Source of the DNA: a virus
Lineage: Duplodnaviria; Caudoviricetes
DNA length: 40,463 nt
Strand: one strand, 5' to 3'
IMG/VR virus record: IMGVR_UViG_3300020045_007692
Span: 1 to 40,463 of that record
Of this stretch, positions 23,788 through 33,622 are shown piece by piece (position 1 is the stretch's first letter; every line of letters begins with the position of its first letter). Both the position numbers and the translations under genes were made by a program. Below the pieces are notes generated by a model that saw nothing but the letters and a program-made list of their open reading frames with translations, did not search any database and was not told the origin of the DNA.

Positions 23788-26427
23788 CTATTGTCCTTCG
23801 AGTTTTTGGCGGGCATAGTCCGCGATGGCTGCGCGAGTCCGGGGATCGGCAATCAGCTCATTCACGATCTTTGTTTGCTTAGAGCTAAGAGCCGGAACAC
23901 CTGCGATCTTTCCAAGGCCCTCGGGGATTTCCCGCTTGCCAGAAAGCAGTGCTTGCGTAATCCGCTTTAGCCCCGGAGTATAAGCCGCCGCGCCGACTGT
24001 CCCCACCACCCCCAACAACGCCGGGGAAAGATAGCCCACCCCACTAGCAGCTCCCGCCGCGCCCATCGTAGGCCACAGTCCCGCAGTTTCCGGAATCTCT
24101 CTCGACCCCATAACCTTCGTCGCAGCGGTGATAGGCTTCTGCCCAAAGGCTCTGTTTGTGGCGACCGCATCCTTATCTACACTGCTATCCCTCTTTGTAA
24201 TCGAAGTCAGCAATTGCTTCGTCGAAGGCACACCACCTGTCCCTCGTCCCCGCACACTCGCATCAAACACGGTCTTCATCTGTCGATAACCAGTATCAAT
24301 CTTCGTCAGAGCTGTGCCCATTTCCGGCTGGTTCTGGCTGACAAGGGACTTAATCTGCTTCTGTAGCTTTCCGGTCAAGTCCGCCGCTGCGCGCAAATCT
24401 GAGGGCTTCCCCCCTGTCGCAGCTTGAGCCATTTCAAGATAATCCCGCTTGAGCTGCCCGAGTTGCAGAAGCGTATCCTGCACCGTCGTGCCGTCGTAAG
24501 TCCCGGATTTATTCATCAACCCTGCAACCAGTGGCGCGAGGTCTTTACGGTAAGCCTTAGCAATCCCAGGAGACTTAGCTGCTGCGACCTTCAAGGCCTG
24601 TGTGCCTTGGGCGAACTCCGGGGTGAAGCCACCTCCGACCCTTTTCCAGAGAGCGTCATACGCGCCTCCTTCCCCTTTGAAGGTGTTCTCCAATAGAGTG
24701 TTCGTCTCGAAGCCAGTCTCCAGCTCTTTCGGCAAAGCCGTTGGCAGTTTCGGGGCAGGCGGCGCGCCAGCCGGAGTATTCCTCGCAAGGATACCCTCAA
24801 CCCCCGTCAGGTGCTTCAGCGCCTGCTCCGTATTCCCCCGAACAACGCTTTCCTCTGCCTTCTCCAGCGCACCGCGCACAACCGGCAATGCCCGGAAAGT
24901 CTCTTCAAATCGGCCAAGGCCGACACGCTGGAGAGTCGTAGGGTCCGCGCCTATCTTACGGAGTTCGTCTAGAGCCTCTTGTGTGGCTCTAGGGACAAAT
25001 GGTGTAACCCCGCTTGTCGCCACCTTGCCTGCTCCATAGCCTAGCGCACCGGCCCCGGCACCATAGGCCGCACCGGCAAGGCGGCTATCGCCCTCCTCCG
25101 CCCCGCTTGCACCCCTCGCGCCGCCGTAAGCCATATTCGCAAGGGCTTCCGTGCCAACGCCCGCACCCCTTCCCAGCTTCACTGCACCCGCCGCCGCGAT
25201 CTTCTCCATTGCCGTCATAGGAGCGATTGCCCCGGCAATGTCCCCAGCAATCGCCCAATTCGGGTGAGCCTCTCTGGTAATGTCAAAGGCTTCTTTGTTA
25301 AAAGCCTCGGGGATACCAAGCAACCCAGCATTCGCCATGTTCATCCCGGCGATGCCTGGACCGCTGGAAGACAACTCGGCAGCTACGGATTCCGCAGTGC
25401 CAAGCTCTCTTGACGGAGGCGGAATCTGCCCAGCCGGAGCATCCTGGAATCTCTCCCGGCTTTCAAGAAACCTCTTGGCTGCTTCAACCGAAACCCCTGC
25501 AGCATTGGGAAAATACTTCTGGTCTAGCCTTGTGCGGAAATCCGCATACTCTTCCGCAGTGACGTTCTTCAGTCCTCCGCGAGACTTCGCCCAGGCTTCA
25601 TATTCCCCTTGCATTGCCGGGGGTATGTCCTGAACATCATTCGTCGTGGAGAGAGCTTTCGGCCCGACATTACCACTGTAATCCTCAAGATTAATCGTCG
25701 GAGGAAGGGCGTAGAGATGCCTAACATCCAGATTCCCTATGAGATTATCTTTAATAGCCGGATCCAGGGGAACTCCTACCCGCTTCTCTGCTGGCCCAGA
25801 CCACATCTTCGCGTCGTCAAGCCGCCCTTGCAGAGACAACGCTTTGTTAATCAGCGAGTCCTGATCATCCCCATACTCCGGAATGATTTCCCCAGACAGG
25901 TTCCGGATCTGCTCTTCCGAAGCTGCTGCGCCGGTATCGAGATAGATAACTGATTCAATAATACTCCGGTAAGCATTGACCAGAGATTGCCGACCAGTGT
26001 TCTTCGTGACCAGTCTCCGAGGAGTTTCCCCCAGCGTGCCCGCCACGAACTCACCACCACCCGGCTGTAAAGCATCTGGGTATTTCGCCAAAGTGTTTCG
26101 GATGATTTGCGATTTCCGGAGAATATTGCTCGCATGGAAGGCCGCGCGATCCTGACCTTCGGTAGAGTCAAACCCACTGTTCGCGGCGAGCTTCTCCTCT
26201 CGCATCTGCAGCTCTCGTTCGGCGCGGCGATCAGCATTAGCCCCACGGCGGATGGCCTCCAGCGCCGCAGCGTTAGAGACTTCGCTATTCTCGATAGATT
26301 GTTGGGCTGCCCGCTCTTGACGAGGATTCGTCCAGACAACAGGAGCTTGCGGAGCGGGAGCTGCTCTTTGGCCGCCTCGGCTCATAGCTTCCAGTCGAGC
26401 AGCTGTCTGAGGATCAACGGGCGGCAT
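23788..26427 (-). CDS. Large internal virion/DNA ejection protein
   Basis: 879 aa, Ala/Gly-rich helical; third of three ejection-type genes. Confidence 0.7.
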   Translation of the reverse strand: MPPVDPQTAARLEAMSRGGQRAAPAPQAPVVWTNPRQERAAQQSIENSEVSNAAALEAIRRGANADRRAERELQMREEKLAANSGFDSTEGQDRAAFHASNILRKSQIIRNTLAKYPDALQPGGGEFVAGTLGETPRRLVTKNTGRQSLVNAYRSIIESVIYLDTGAAASEEQIRNLSGEIIPEYGDDQDSLINKALSLQGRLDDAKMWSGPAEKRVGVPLDPAIKDNLIGNLDVRHLYALPPTINLEDYSGNVGPKALSTTNDVQDIPPAMQGEYEAWAKSRGGLKNVTAEEYADFRTRLDQKYFPNAAGVSVEAAKRFLESRERFQDAPAGQIPPPSRELGTAESVAAELSSSGPGIAGMNMANAGLLGIPEAFNKEAFDITREAHPNWAIAGDIAGAIAPMTAMEKIAAAGAVKLGRGAGVGTEALANMAYGGARGASGAEEGDSRLAGAAYGAGAGALGYGAGKVATSGVTPFVPRATQEALDELRKIGADPTTLQRVGLGRFEETFRALPVVRGALEKAEESVVRGNTEQALKHLTGVEGILARNTPAGAPPAPKLPTALPKELETGFETNTLLENTFKGEGGAYDALWKRVGGGFTPEFAQGTQALKVAAAKSPGIAKAYRKDLAPLVAGLMNKSGTYDGTTVQDTLLQLGQLKRDYLEMAQAATGGKPSDLRAAADLTGKLQKQIKSLVSQNQPEMGTALTKIDTGYRQMKTVFDASVRGRGTGGVPSTKQLLTSITKRDSSVDKDAVATNRAFGQKPITAATKVMGSREIPETAGLWPTMGAAGAASGVGYLSPALLGVVGTVGAAAYTPGLKRITQALLSGKREIPEGLGKIAGVPALSSKQTKIVNELIADPRTRAAIADYARQKLEGQ

Positions 26428-27263
26428 TATCGTCCTTCCGGGTTATCATACCACTGGCCTTGAATCTTGTAGTAAGGACGGCCAGTGGAAGGGTCAGTCT
26501 GCGTCTGTTCGATTTGCCCCTTCGGCGGAGCAAAGTTCTGCGGCAGTGCCGGAAGCTCGGCTTGGGTCATATCAAGGGGTGGCGGTATCGGAGCACCACC
26601 AGCGTCTTGCGAAGCCCGCAAAGCTGCCAGTCTTGCCTCGGGGCTTCCGAGAGGGTCTTGCACGGTCATAGGCGGCGCGCCACTCGGAACCATGTTCTGC
26701 GCCAACAGCGCCCGCGTAATCGCCGCCTCATTCACCACCCCATTCCCGGCATTGTCCCGCAGGATATTCGCATTAGGGTCATTCGGCTTCTGTCCCAGCG
26801 CCATTGCATCGCGGTTACTCACCCGATAAGGCCCCCAGTCTGTCGGAGAGTCCCCGGATCTCTGCGCCGCGCTAACCCTCTCCCCGACGGGCTTTAGTAT
26901 CTCCGCAACCAGCGGGTTATCCTGATGCTTAAACCAGACTTGTTGCAGTGCCCGAGGATCGTTCCCAGCGTTGATAATATCCTGCTGAACCTCCGCGACT
27001 TTAGCCGAGTAATCCGCTTTGAGCCTTCCATTCAACTCATCCTGCCGACCTTCGACCTTATCCTGCAATCTCTTCCCGAGAAAGGCTTGAACAATGCTCG
27101 CAAGGGGCTGGGTCCAGCTTGTCGCATTCGCGCCCGGCCCGGCAATCCCTCTTTCCAGCAACGCCTGCGCAATCGCGCTTCTGCGATCCAGCCCTCGTTG
27201 CTGGGTCTCATACCCAGTCGGGATGACGATCTTCGCCTGATTCACACTAGCGGCCATTACCAA
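26427..27263 (-). CDS. Internal virion/ejection protein
   Basis: Position and composition; coupled ORF. Confidence 0.65.
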   Translation of the reverse strand: MVMAASVNQAKIVIPTGYETQQRGLDRRSAIAQALLERGIAGPGANATSWTQPLASIVQAFLGKRLQDKVEGRQDELNGRLKADYSAKVAEVQQDIINAGNDPRALQQVWFKHQDNPLVAEILKPVGERVSAAQRSGDSPTDWGPYRVSNRDAMALGQKPNDPNANILRDNAGNGVVNEAAITRALLAQNMVPSGAPPMTVQDPLGSPEARLAALRASQDAGGAPIPPPLDMTQAELPALPQNFAPPKGQIEQTQTDPSTGRPYYKIQGQWYDNPEGR

Positions 27264-28456
27264 AATCCTCCAGTTGCGATGCCCGCTCCGAGCGACCCTA
27301 GCCCGCTGAACAGCCCACCCTGCGCCTGCAACTGCGCTTGATACTGCGCCATCGCTGCGCTATACTGATCCTGCGTGGCTTGATACAGCGGTGGAGGTGC
27401 GATGTTACTCCCAGCCGTGGCATTGCCAAACGTCGGGATCGTTGCCTGATTCCCGGTCCTTAGGGTATTCAGCGTATTCAGCGGATCGTTCCGACCATAG
27501 GCTTCCATCTGCAGAGCTTGCTGCATCGCTTGGTTGTTGAACTGCGATACTGCCAGCCCTTGGTTGAAAGTCTGTGCCGCCGCACGATTCCTCGCCTCTT
27601 CCGCGGCTTGGGCCTGTTGTGCCTGAGCCTGCTGCGCGGCGTTGTTAATCCCCACAGCTGTCGCCGCCTGCCCAAACGTCGCATTCCGGGAATCATTCGT
27701 AAAGTTCCCAGCCGAGATCGCCTGGTTAATATCCATCCCCCGAAGGTTCATGGTATTGCCAAACAGATCCTGCTGTTCCTTATTCCCTGCCAGCAACGCG
27801 GCGATGCGGAGGTCATTCTGGCTCTTGTCGAGGTTTTGCTGGTCCCAGTTATTCGCCTCTGACCCCCGGAAAATTCCTTGATTTGTGTTCCGCGTCTCAA
27901 GCGTCTGCTGGTCCCTCTCCATGCTCGGGCGCAGTCTATCCAGCATCGCGTTTGTAATACGATCCCGCTGATCCATATAATCCGTAGTCGAAGGCGCGGC
28001 AGTCACTCGCGAGAAATCAAGTTGATCCTGCAACCTCACCCCAGCCGGGCCACCTTGCTGGCTCAACCCCGTTGCCGCGATCGTCCCATCCAGTGCAGCG
28101 GGCGCTTCCATCAATCTCGGGGTATACTTACTCGTGTCCAGAGGATTGGCAAATGCCTGCTGAACATACCCAATCCCCGACTCCGCTGTCGTGTTCAGCG
28201 CTTGCGAAATCCGCTGATTCTGGTCATACAGAACCTGCTGGTCAGGGCTAAGCGTCGTCGTCGCAGTTGCCTGCGGAACGCTCGTCCCATTCACATCTAT
28301 TGGATTCCCGTAGGTATAGGTCAGGCTTCCGTTCGGCCCGACCTGATTCGCCTGGTTGAGATAGTTCGTCGCAACTGCCGAGCCGACATTAGCCGTCCCT
28401 TGCTCTCTAGCAGCGGCTGCATAATCAGGTGGAGTTGGGGCTTTGGGCTTCGACAC
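27257..28456 (-). CDS. DNA ejection/pilot protein
   Basis: KPKAPTPPDY N-terminus, Q/N-rich, C-terminal GGLFSGLGSLGAG. Confidence 0.7.
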   Translation of the reverse strand: MSKPKAPTPPDYAAAAREQGTANVGSAVATNYLNQANQVGPNGSLTYTYGNPIDVNGTSVPQATATTTLSPDQQVLYDQNQRISQALNTTAESGIGYVQQAFANPLDTSKYTPRLMEAPAALDGTIAATGLSQQGGPAGVRLQDQLDFSRVTAAPSTTDYMDQRDRITNAMLDRLRPSMERDQQTLETRNTNQGIFRGSEANNWDQQNLDKSQNDLRIAALLAGNKEQQDLFGNTMNLRGMDINQAISAGNFTNDSRNATFGQAATAVGINNAAQQAQAQQAQAAEEARNRAAAQTFNQGLAVSQFNNQAMQQALQMEAYGRNDPLNTLNTLRTGNQATIPTFGNATAGSNIAPPPLYQATQDQYSAAMAQYQAQLQAQGGLFSGLGSLGAGIATGGFW

Positions 28457-28883
28457 TCTGCTTTTCCTTCAAAGATAGCCATTTGCAGTTTTTCTTCTCT
28501 AGCGTGTAAAGAAGAAGATTCCCTTGCGGGCAGCTATCCTTGAGTGTCGCCTCAAGACTGAAACCTAAATGCTCTATGAACTTAATACACGGCAGGTTTG
28601 TGGACTCCACCGGGGCTATAATTTTGCTAACACCTAATTGAACAAAGGGGTAGTAAAAAGAATACCAGAGAAACTCTCGATTAAGCCAATCTTTACCATC
28701 CCCTGCACAATGCATCATGACCGAAGCGCCATTGCAGTCAGCATAGAGACAAGCAGCTATTGGACCTTTTATCTCGTGGAGGAGCCCGACTGTCCTCCCT
28801 CTCCCAACTACCCATTCCCCGCCTGTTCTCTCAGCCATCCAAGGGCCGAAGATATGATCCTGCCCTGTGACAACATGCTTCAC
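28425..28883 (-). CDS. Virion-associated GNAT-like acetyltransferase
   Basis: YPFVQLG...NLPCIKFIEHLGF..E; typical position after podovirus tail genes. Confidence 0.75.
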   Translation of the reverse strand: MKHVVTGQDHIFGPWMAERTGGEWVVGRGRTVGLLHEIKGPIAACLYADCNGASVMMHCAGDGKDWLNREFLWYSFYYPFVQLGVSKIIAPVESTNLPCIKFIEHLGFSLEATLKDSCPQGNLLLYTLEKKNCKWLSLKEKQSVEAQSPNST

Positions 28884-30475
28884 AGAATCCCCGCGCGTTT
28901 AATCGCGAAGTTCGTCGAGGTCCAGGTGAAACTTGCAAGGCTCGTTGTGATCTGGATGGAGAAAGAATGCATGTAACCTGGATCATTGGGAACTGTCAGC
29001 CACTTCGACTCCACCGGAGTAGCCCCGGCGTCCCAGATCGCCGTGCCCCAAAGACCAGTTCCCCAAAGGCTTCCTGTCCCTAGAGCGCTATAGGTAATCT
29101 GCGAAGATCCGCCGTAGAGCTTGAAATCGGCATCTAGCCTCAGCGTTACCGTTGCGGAGTTGGCAATTGACACATTTGGCCGAACAAGCATGACCTCCTT
29201 CTGCGCGTTCATACCCATGTTGTGATAGGCTTGGGCGACTGTTCCAGTAATCGCCACATCGGCGTCAGAGGTCCCCTGCCAAGCCTTCCTTAGCGTCGTG
29301 CCGCCAGCATAATAAAGCTCATCGTTGAACACAGTCCAGCAAGCCGCATCCCACGAAAGAAACCTACACCAGGATTTATTCGCGACATTCATCACATACT
29401 GGTAAGAGATTGTATCGGACGATACGGGGATATTCGCAACCAGCAAATCCGCAGCTTTGAAGTGAAGCACCTGCCAACCGAAGTTGGCTCCATAATCCAC
29501 CGCAGCGTCTTGGAAAGCCCCGTCGATCTTATAGCTAATAGCCTCCGTCCGGTCGATCGCTGTTGATTGCAGAAATCTCGAAAGCGGGAAAAGCCCTCTT
29601 GTGTTGAGGTAAAGAAGATCCCCGCCGAAGTTGCAGAAAGGCTTCGTCCCCAGCGGAGGGCCGATGTCGAAAACCCCGACCAATGCCCAGGTCGTTGAGC
29701 TCGAAGGATCTGTCCCTCGATAAGCAGCAAGCTCTCCTTCTGACGTAACCATGACTAGGTAATCATCCGGCCCTGTCCCGGAGTCAAAGGTCCATGTCCC
29801 CAAGGCGACGAGCGATCCGCCCATTTTAAACAGCGGCCCGACGGGGAACTGGGTCAACGCGCCGGAAACAGCATTCGTCGCGAGATACCAGAGATTCATC
29901 GAATTCTTTTCGATAAACCAAAGGCGGAATTTGTGCATCTGGACAGTGGAGAGACTGGTGGTGGCCAGGCCGGTAATCGCCGGAGCGCTGACGCCCGTAA
30001 CCGTCACCCAAGTCGCTCCGTCATAGAGCTTGAGATTGTCCACCCCATTAACAGCCACCATGTAGCTACCGCCGGAATTGGTAAAATTCGTCGTGTGCCA
30101 AGCACCATTCGTGCAAGAGGCCACTGCCGCTCCGATCGCCCCACCGGCAGTAACGTCATAAATCCCCGCAGCCGTTGAGGCAAACAACTTCCCTGTAGAA
30201 GGGCTGTTATACGGCAGAAAGCTTCTAATATTCGCGGCGAACCCAGTCGACCAAGCTACCGAGCCCTTCCGGAGCTGTACATCGACAATCCCCGGAACGA
30301 CATTATCCATCTGCAAGGCGTCAGTCGAGGGCATCGCTGCGATGTTCCCCCGCGCATTCCACCCACCATAAGGCGCTGGGTCTTGCGTTGTCCGCGTAAT
30401 GGCCTCATCCATTACGCGGAGTTTCGCCCCGGCTCTCTGGGCTACCGAAGGTCCACCGCGCATTAGACGTTCCAA
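28880..30475 (-). CDS. Tail nozzle/stabilisation protein (P22 gp10/T7 gp12-like)
   Basis: GGWN..MDN..LRKG N-terminus, beta-propeller-like, synteny. Confidence 0.78.
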   Translation of the reverse strand: MERLMRGGPSVAQRAGAKLRVMDEAITRTTQDPAPYGGWNARGNIAAMPSTDALQMDNVVPGIVDVQLRKGSVAWSTGFAANIRSFLPYNSPSTGKLFASTAAGIYDVTAGGAIGAAVASCTNGAWHTTNFTNSGGSYMVAVNGVDNLKLYDGATWVTVTGVSAPAITGLATTSLSTVQMHKFRLWFIEKNSMNLWYLATNAVSGALTQFPVGPLFKMGGSLVALGTWTFDSGTGPDDYLVMVTSEGELAAYRGTDPSSSTTWALVGVFDIGPPLGTKPFCNFGGDLLYLNTRGLFPLSRFLQSTAIDRTEAISYKIDGAFQDAAVDYGANFGWQVLHFKAADLLVANIPVSSDTISYQYVMNVANKSWCRFLSWDAACWTVFNDELYYAGGTTLRKAWQGTSDADVAITGTVAQAYHNMGMNAQKEVMLVRPNVSIANSATVTLRLDADFKLYGGSSQITYSALGTGSLWGTGLWGTAIWDAGATPVESKWLTVPNDPGYMHSFSIQITTSLASFTWTSTNFAIKRAGIL

Positions 30476-31179
30476 TTGCCTGAGGGGACAAACACACCGG
30501 GGCGGATATCAACAGGATGCGGATGCGCGACATTAATCCTCGGCTTGGCTTTATCCCGCGCGACGTAGTTGTTCAGCAAGTCCCAGAAGATCGTCTCATC
30601 GGCTTGATAGGGCAGGCCTTTAATCTGTTTCCAGCGATAACTCAACGCCTTTGAGAGGATATTATCCGGAAAGACGAACGTGTCTGTATCAAGCGTGATC
30701 GCAGCTTTTCGCGCTGAGGTCACCCCATCAATCGTCAGCCAAGAACTCACATACTCAAAAGCCATGTCGCTGAAAGGAGCCGCCGGTTCCGGGTTTAGAA
30801 GAATATGATCCCCCCGGAACCGGAACTTATAGAAAGGCCCTGGATTCGGAAGGGCTTTAATCTCCTGCCACTGCGTCGAGTTCAGCGGCCCATACAACGG
30901 CCTCGCCAGTGTCCGATCAAAAAAGCTCTCCGTGATCATCCACTGATACCCACTCGGGGCTAGTGTTGAAATCGCTCCCTGGTCCTCATCGGCAATCGTG
31001 GTGAAAGTCGCTTCAATCGTTGTGGTGTTATACTCCGATTGCGTAGCCAGCTCATCCAGCTGCTCTTGCAAGATCGCAAGCAACTGCACTACCGTCGTAT
31101 CCGTGCTGCCGATAATGCTCGTCGGCACGTTCAAAGCGTTCAGCTTGCAATGTTGCTGGATCAGAGAAAGTGCCGTCAT
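30463..31179 (-). CDS. Head-tail adaptor/tail tubular protein A
   Basis: Synteny between capsid and nozzle genes; size 238 aa. Confidence 0.68.
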   Translation of the reverse strand: MTALSLIQQHCKLNALNVPTSIIGSTDTTVVQLLAILQEQLDELATQSEYNTTTIEATFTTIADEDQGAISTLAPSGYQWMITESFFDRTLARPLYGPLNSTQWQEIKALPNPGPFYKFRFRGDHILLNPEPAAPFSDMAFEYVSSWLTIDGVTSARKAAITLDTDTFVFPDNILSKALSYRWKQIKGLPYQADETIFWDLLNNYVARDKAKPRINVAHPHPVDIRPGVFVPSGNWNV

Positions 31180-31184
31180 GGGGG

Positions 31185-31775
31185 TTAATCCTTAGTTTTC
31201 TGGAGCGCTTCGAGCTGGGCTTTCATCGTCTTCATGTCAGCCATCATGGAGGTGTTCTGCTCGGAAAGTGTCTTGTTGCTCTTGCGAAGGGTATCCAGCT
31301 CCTCAGCCGTCTTCCCGCCGTCCTTCGCGGAGTCAAGCCAGGCTTTGGCCTTCTCCTGCAGCGCTCTCCCGCCCATGCCGACGCGGTTGACTGACTCTTC
31401 ATTCATCTCAGCCACATCTTCGATCGACCGAAGGTTGCAATCTGTCAGCATTTTCAGCTGCGCTGGGGAGAGCGCAGGCCAATTTCTCAGGGGAGTCCCG
31501 AACTCCGGATCTTGCTGGTTCTTCTTCCAGACTTCCAGCGCCTGCTGATAAGCATCAAGCCAAAGGCTAGGAATTCGATCCTGATTAACCCCTTCGCGGA
31601 GCCCCGCCAGCCAATCCTCCACCGGCTTCTCCAGCAAATCCTTCGATCCAGTCGGAGTGACCAAAGCAAAAACTACATCTCTCGCGACATAGTGCCCTGC
31701 GGTGATGCTCGCATCTCGATCTTCAATCGACCGATATTCAAACCTGACATAAGGCGGGCGAGGTTCTCCAGACAT
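31185..31775 (-). CDS. Conserved hypothetical protein with HhH-like segment and coiled-coil
   Basis: GTPLRNWP...RSIEDVAEM..VGMGGR. Confidence 0.75.
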   Translation of the reverse strand: MSGEPRPPYVRFEYRSIEDRDASITAGHYVARDVVFALVTPTGSKDLLEKPVEDWLAGLREGVNQDRIPSLWLDAYQQALEVWKKNQQDPEFGTPLRNWPALSPAQLKMLTDCNLRSIEDVAEMNEESVNRVGMGGRALQEKAKAWLDSAKDGGKTAEELDTLRKSNKTLSEQNTSMMADMKTMKAQLEALQKTKD

Positions 31776-31804
31776 TAGAAATTCCTTTCAGCAGATGGTG
31801 AACC

Positions 31805-31840
31805 CGGTGGGGTGCTTCAGGGAGTAGCAACACCCCACCG
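31805..31840. other. Strong intergenic hairpin after capsid/decoration genes
   Basis: CGGTGGGGTG...CACCCCACCG perfect 10-bp stem, no U-tract. Confidence 0.6.
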
Positions 31841-31855
31841 AGTTCTGGTTAGTCG

Positions 31856-32584
31856 TTAGGCAACCTGACCCTGGCTAAAGGGGCGGTTGATATGTGCAAC
31901 GTTGTAATAAACTGTTGCGTTGTTGTAGGTCGCAGTGACCGTGCCGGAGATTGCCGCTGTCGATACCAGCGACATAGTCACCTCCGTGCCATCGGGGCTG
32001 ATGCTGACAACTGTCGCACCGGACCCAACACCCGTTCCCGAGAGATAAGCCCCGGCAAACCAGCCGTCGGAGTCCTTCACCTTGAGAAGCACGGAACCGC
32101 TGTTGTTCACGCAATTAGTCTTCGCGACTGTCTGCGTAGAAGCCACAACGACACGGGCGTTGAGCACCTGCTTGCCGTTCGCGAGCGCGCCACCCTGGCC
32201 AGTCCCGGCTACCGCGAAGGTTGTATCCGCCGCGACAGCCGCTGAGCTGTTCACCGGAACAACACCGGTGATCTGCACCCAGAAGAACTGACCGACGGTA
32301 ACAACAGTCGTGGCAATGCCAACCATACGGCCAAGGCCAGCAGTGCTCGCGCACTCTGACGCCGTGTAGACCACCTGACCACTAGCAAACGTCTGCAGAA
32401 TGCTGACGATGCCGAACTGCCGAATCGACCCACCGGCCTTGCAGTAGACGAATTCGCCGCCGCCCCAGTAGTTGTCAACAGCGTTGACCTGAGTCCCTGG
32501 AACGTGGCGCGCCGTAGTGTCCGGCAGCATACCGTAAGTGATAGGCTGGTTGCCCAGAGGGCCACCGATTACTTCATAAGCCAT
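31856..32584 (-). CDS. Capsid decoration/cement protein
   Basis: Directly after major capsid; GGGEFVY..FFWVQITG; beta-rich. Confidence 0.68.
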   Translation of the reverse strand: MAYEVIGGPLGNQPITYGMLPDTTARHVPGTQVNAVDNYWGGGEFVYCKAGGSIRQFGIVSILQTFASGQVVYTASECASTAGLGRMVGIATTVVTVGQFFWVQITGVVPVNSSAAVAADTTFAVAGTGQGGALANGKQVLNARVVVASTQTVAKTNCVNNSGSVLLKVKDSDGWFAGAYLSGTGVGSGATVVSISPDGTEVTMSLVSTAAISGTVTATYNNATVYYNVAHINRPFSQGQVA

Positions 32585-32635
32585 TTTGATTTCCTTTGAA
32601 AAAGAGTCTGTTTTGAGCTTTCAAAACCTACCCGT

Positions 32636-33610
32636 TTAAGCCTTGGCGACACCCTGCAGCCTGCGATTCGTGCAAACCAGATTCCCCATCCAGAGAACCG
32701 GAATAACCACCGCATCCTGGTTGTAAGGAGCCATCTGGTCCTGAACGCTCAGGTTCGCGTCCTTGTGGACTACCAGATCGAAGTAGTCCGAGTTCAGGAA
32801 ATACATGTGAGCTGCCGGAATGCCCGAACCACCGTCGAAGATCACATCGGCGTTCTTGTATTTCAGAGAGGTGAAACCACCCGAAACATCTTCCGCCGAG
32901 GTGTAGCGCTTGATGCTGACCTGCGAACCTTCGTAGAAAGTGAACCAGTCATTCGAGGCCACAATCATATCCGGCTTGTCGTCGCCGCGCACCTGGTTCA
33001 GCCAGAGCGGCAGCATGATGCCGGTTTCGATGGTCGTTGCGCTGACCGTCACGGCACTACCGCCCTGAAGCGGCGCCGCTGCAGACTGCACGGCGTTCTG
33101 CCAGAAGGTCCAAGTCGAGGAGTCGATACCCCCAACTGTGCCCGTGCCAGCATCCGCAACCAAAGCCTGAAGACCGTTGATCTGGTTCGGCAGCGTGCCG
33201 TCAGAGTAAAGGTCATAGCTGAAGTTGTTCTTGAACGTCCGCATGGCGTTCTTGATGCGGGCCTTGGCGAGCTTGATGATCTGGCTATCACCGCTGTTGC
33301 TGCGGAGTTCCAGGCCATTCGCCACGACATTCAACGCGATCTGGCGCCACTGATATTCCGCCGCCGTGATAACGTCCGACTGCTGGATATTGAGAATATC
33401 ATAGCCGGAATAGCGCTGATATGTCCCATTTGAGTTGTAGTCCAGCGGCTGCGCGATCGTCAGGCCACCGTCTTCGGGGCGAATCTGCCCCTTGGCGGTG
33501 AGCTTGGCATACAGAGCATTGTTCCGCGTGATATTGTCCGCAACTTCCTTGGAGTGGTTCCTCCAGGTCGTCGAGACCAGTTCAGTGAAGGTAGAATTTG
33601 GGCTAGTCAT
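32636..33610 (-). CDS. Major capsid protein
   Basis: 324 aa after scaffold; DNITRNNAL, YSDGT..NGLQALV, GTVGGID, NRRLQG; AAGGA RBS. Confidence 0.88.
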   Translation of the reverse strand: MTSPNSTFTELVSTTWRNHSKEVADNITRNNALYAKLTAKGQIRPEDGGLTIAQPLDYNSNGTYQRYSGYDILNIQQSDVITAAEYQWRQIALNVVANGLELRSNSGDSQIIKLAKARIKNAMRTFKNNFSYDLYSDGTLPNQINGLQALVADAGTGTVGGIDSSTWTFWQNAVQSAAAPLQGGSAVTVSATTIETGIMLPLWLNQVRGDDKPDMIVASNDWFTFYEGSQVSIKRYTSAEDVSGGFTSLKYKNADVIFDGGSGIPAAHMYFLNSDYFDLVVHKDANLSVQDQMAPYNQDAVVIPVLWMGNLVCTNRRLQGVAKA

Positions 33611-33622
33611 TTCAAATATCCT

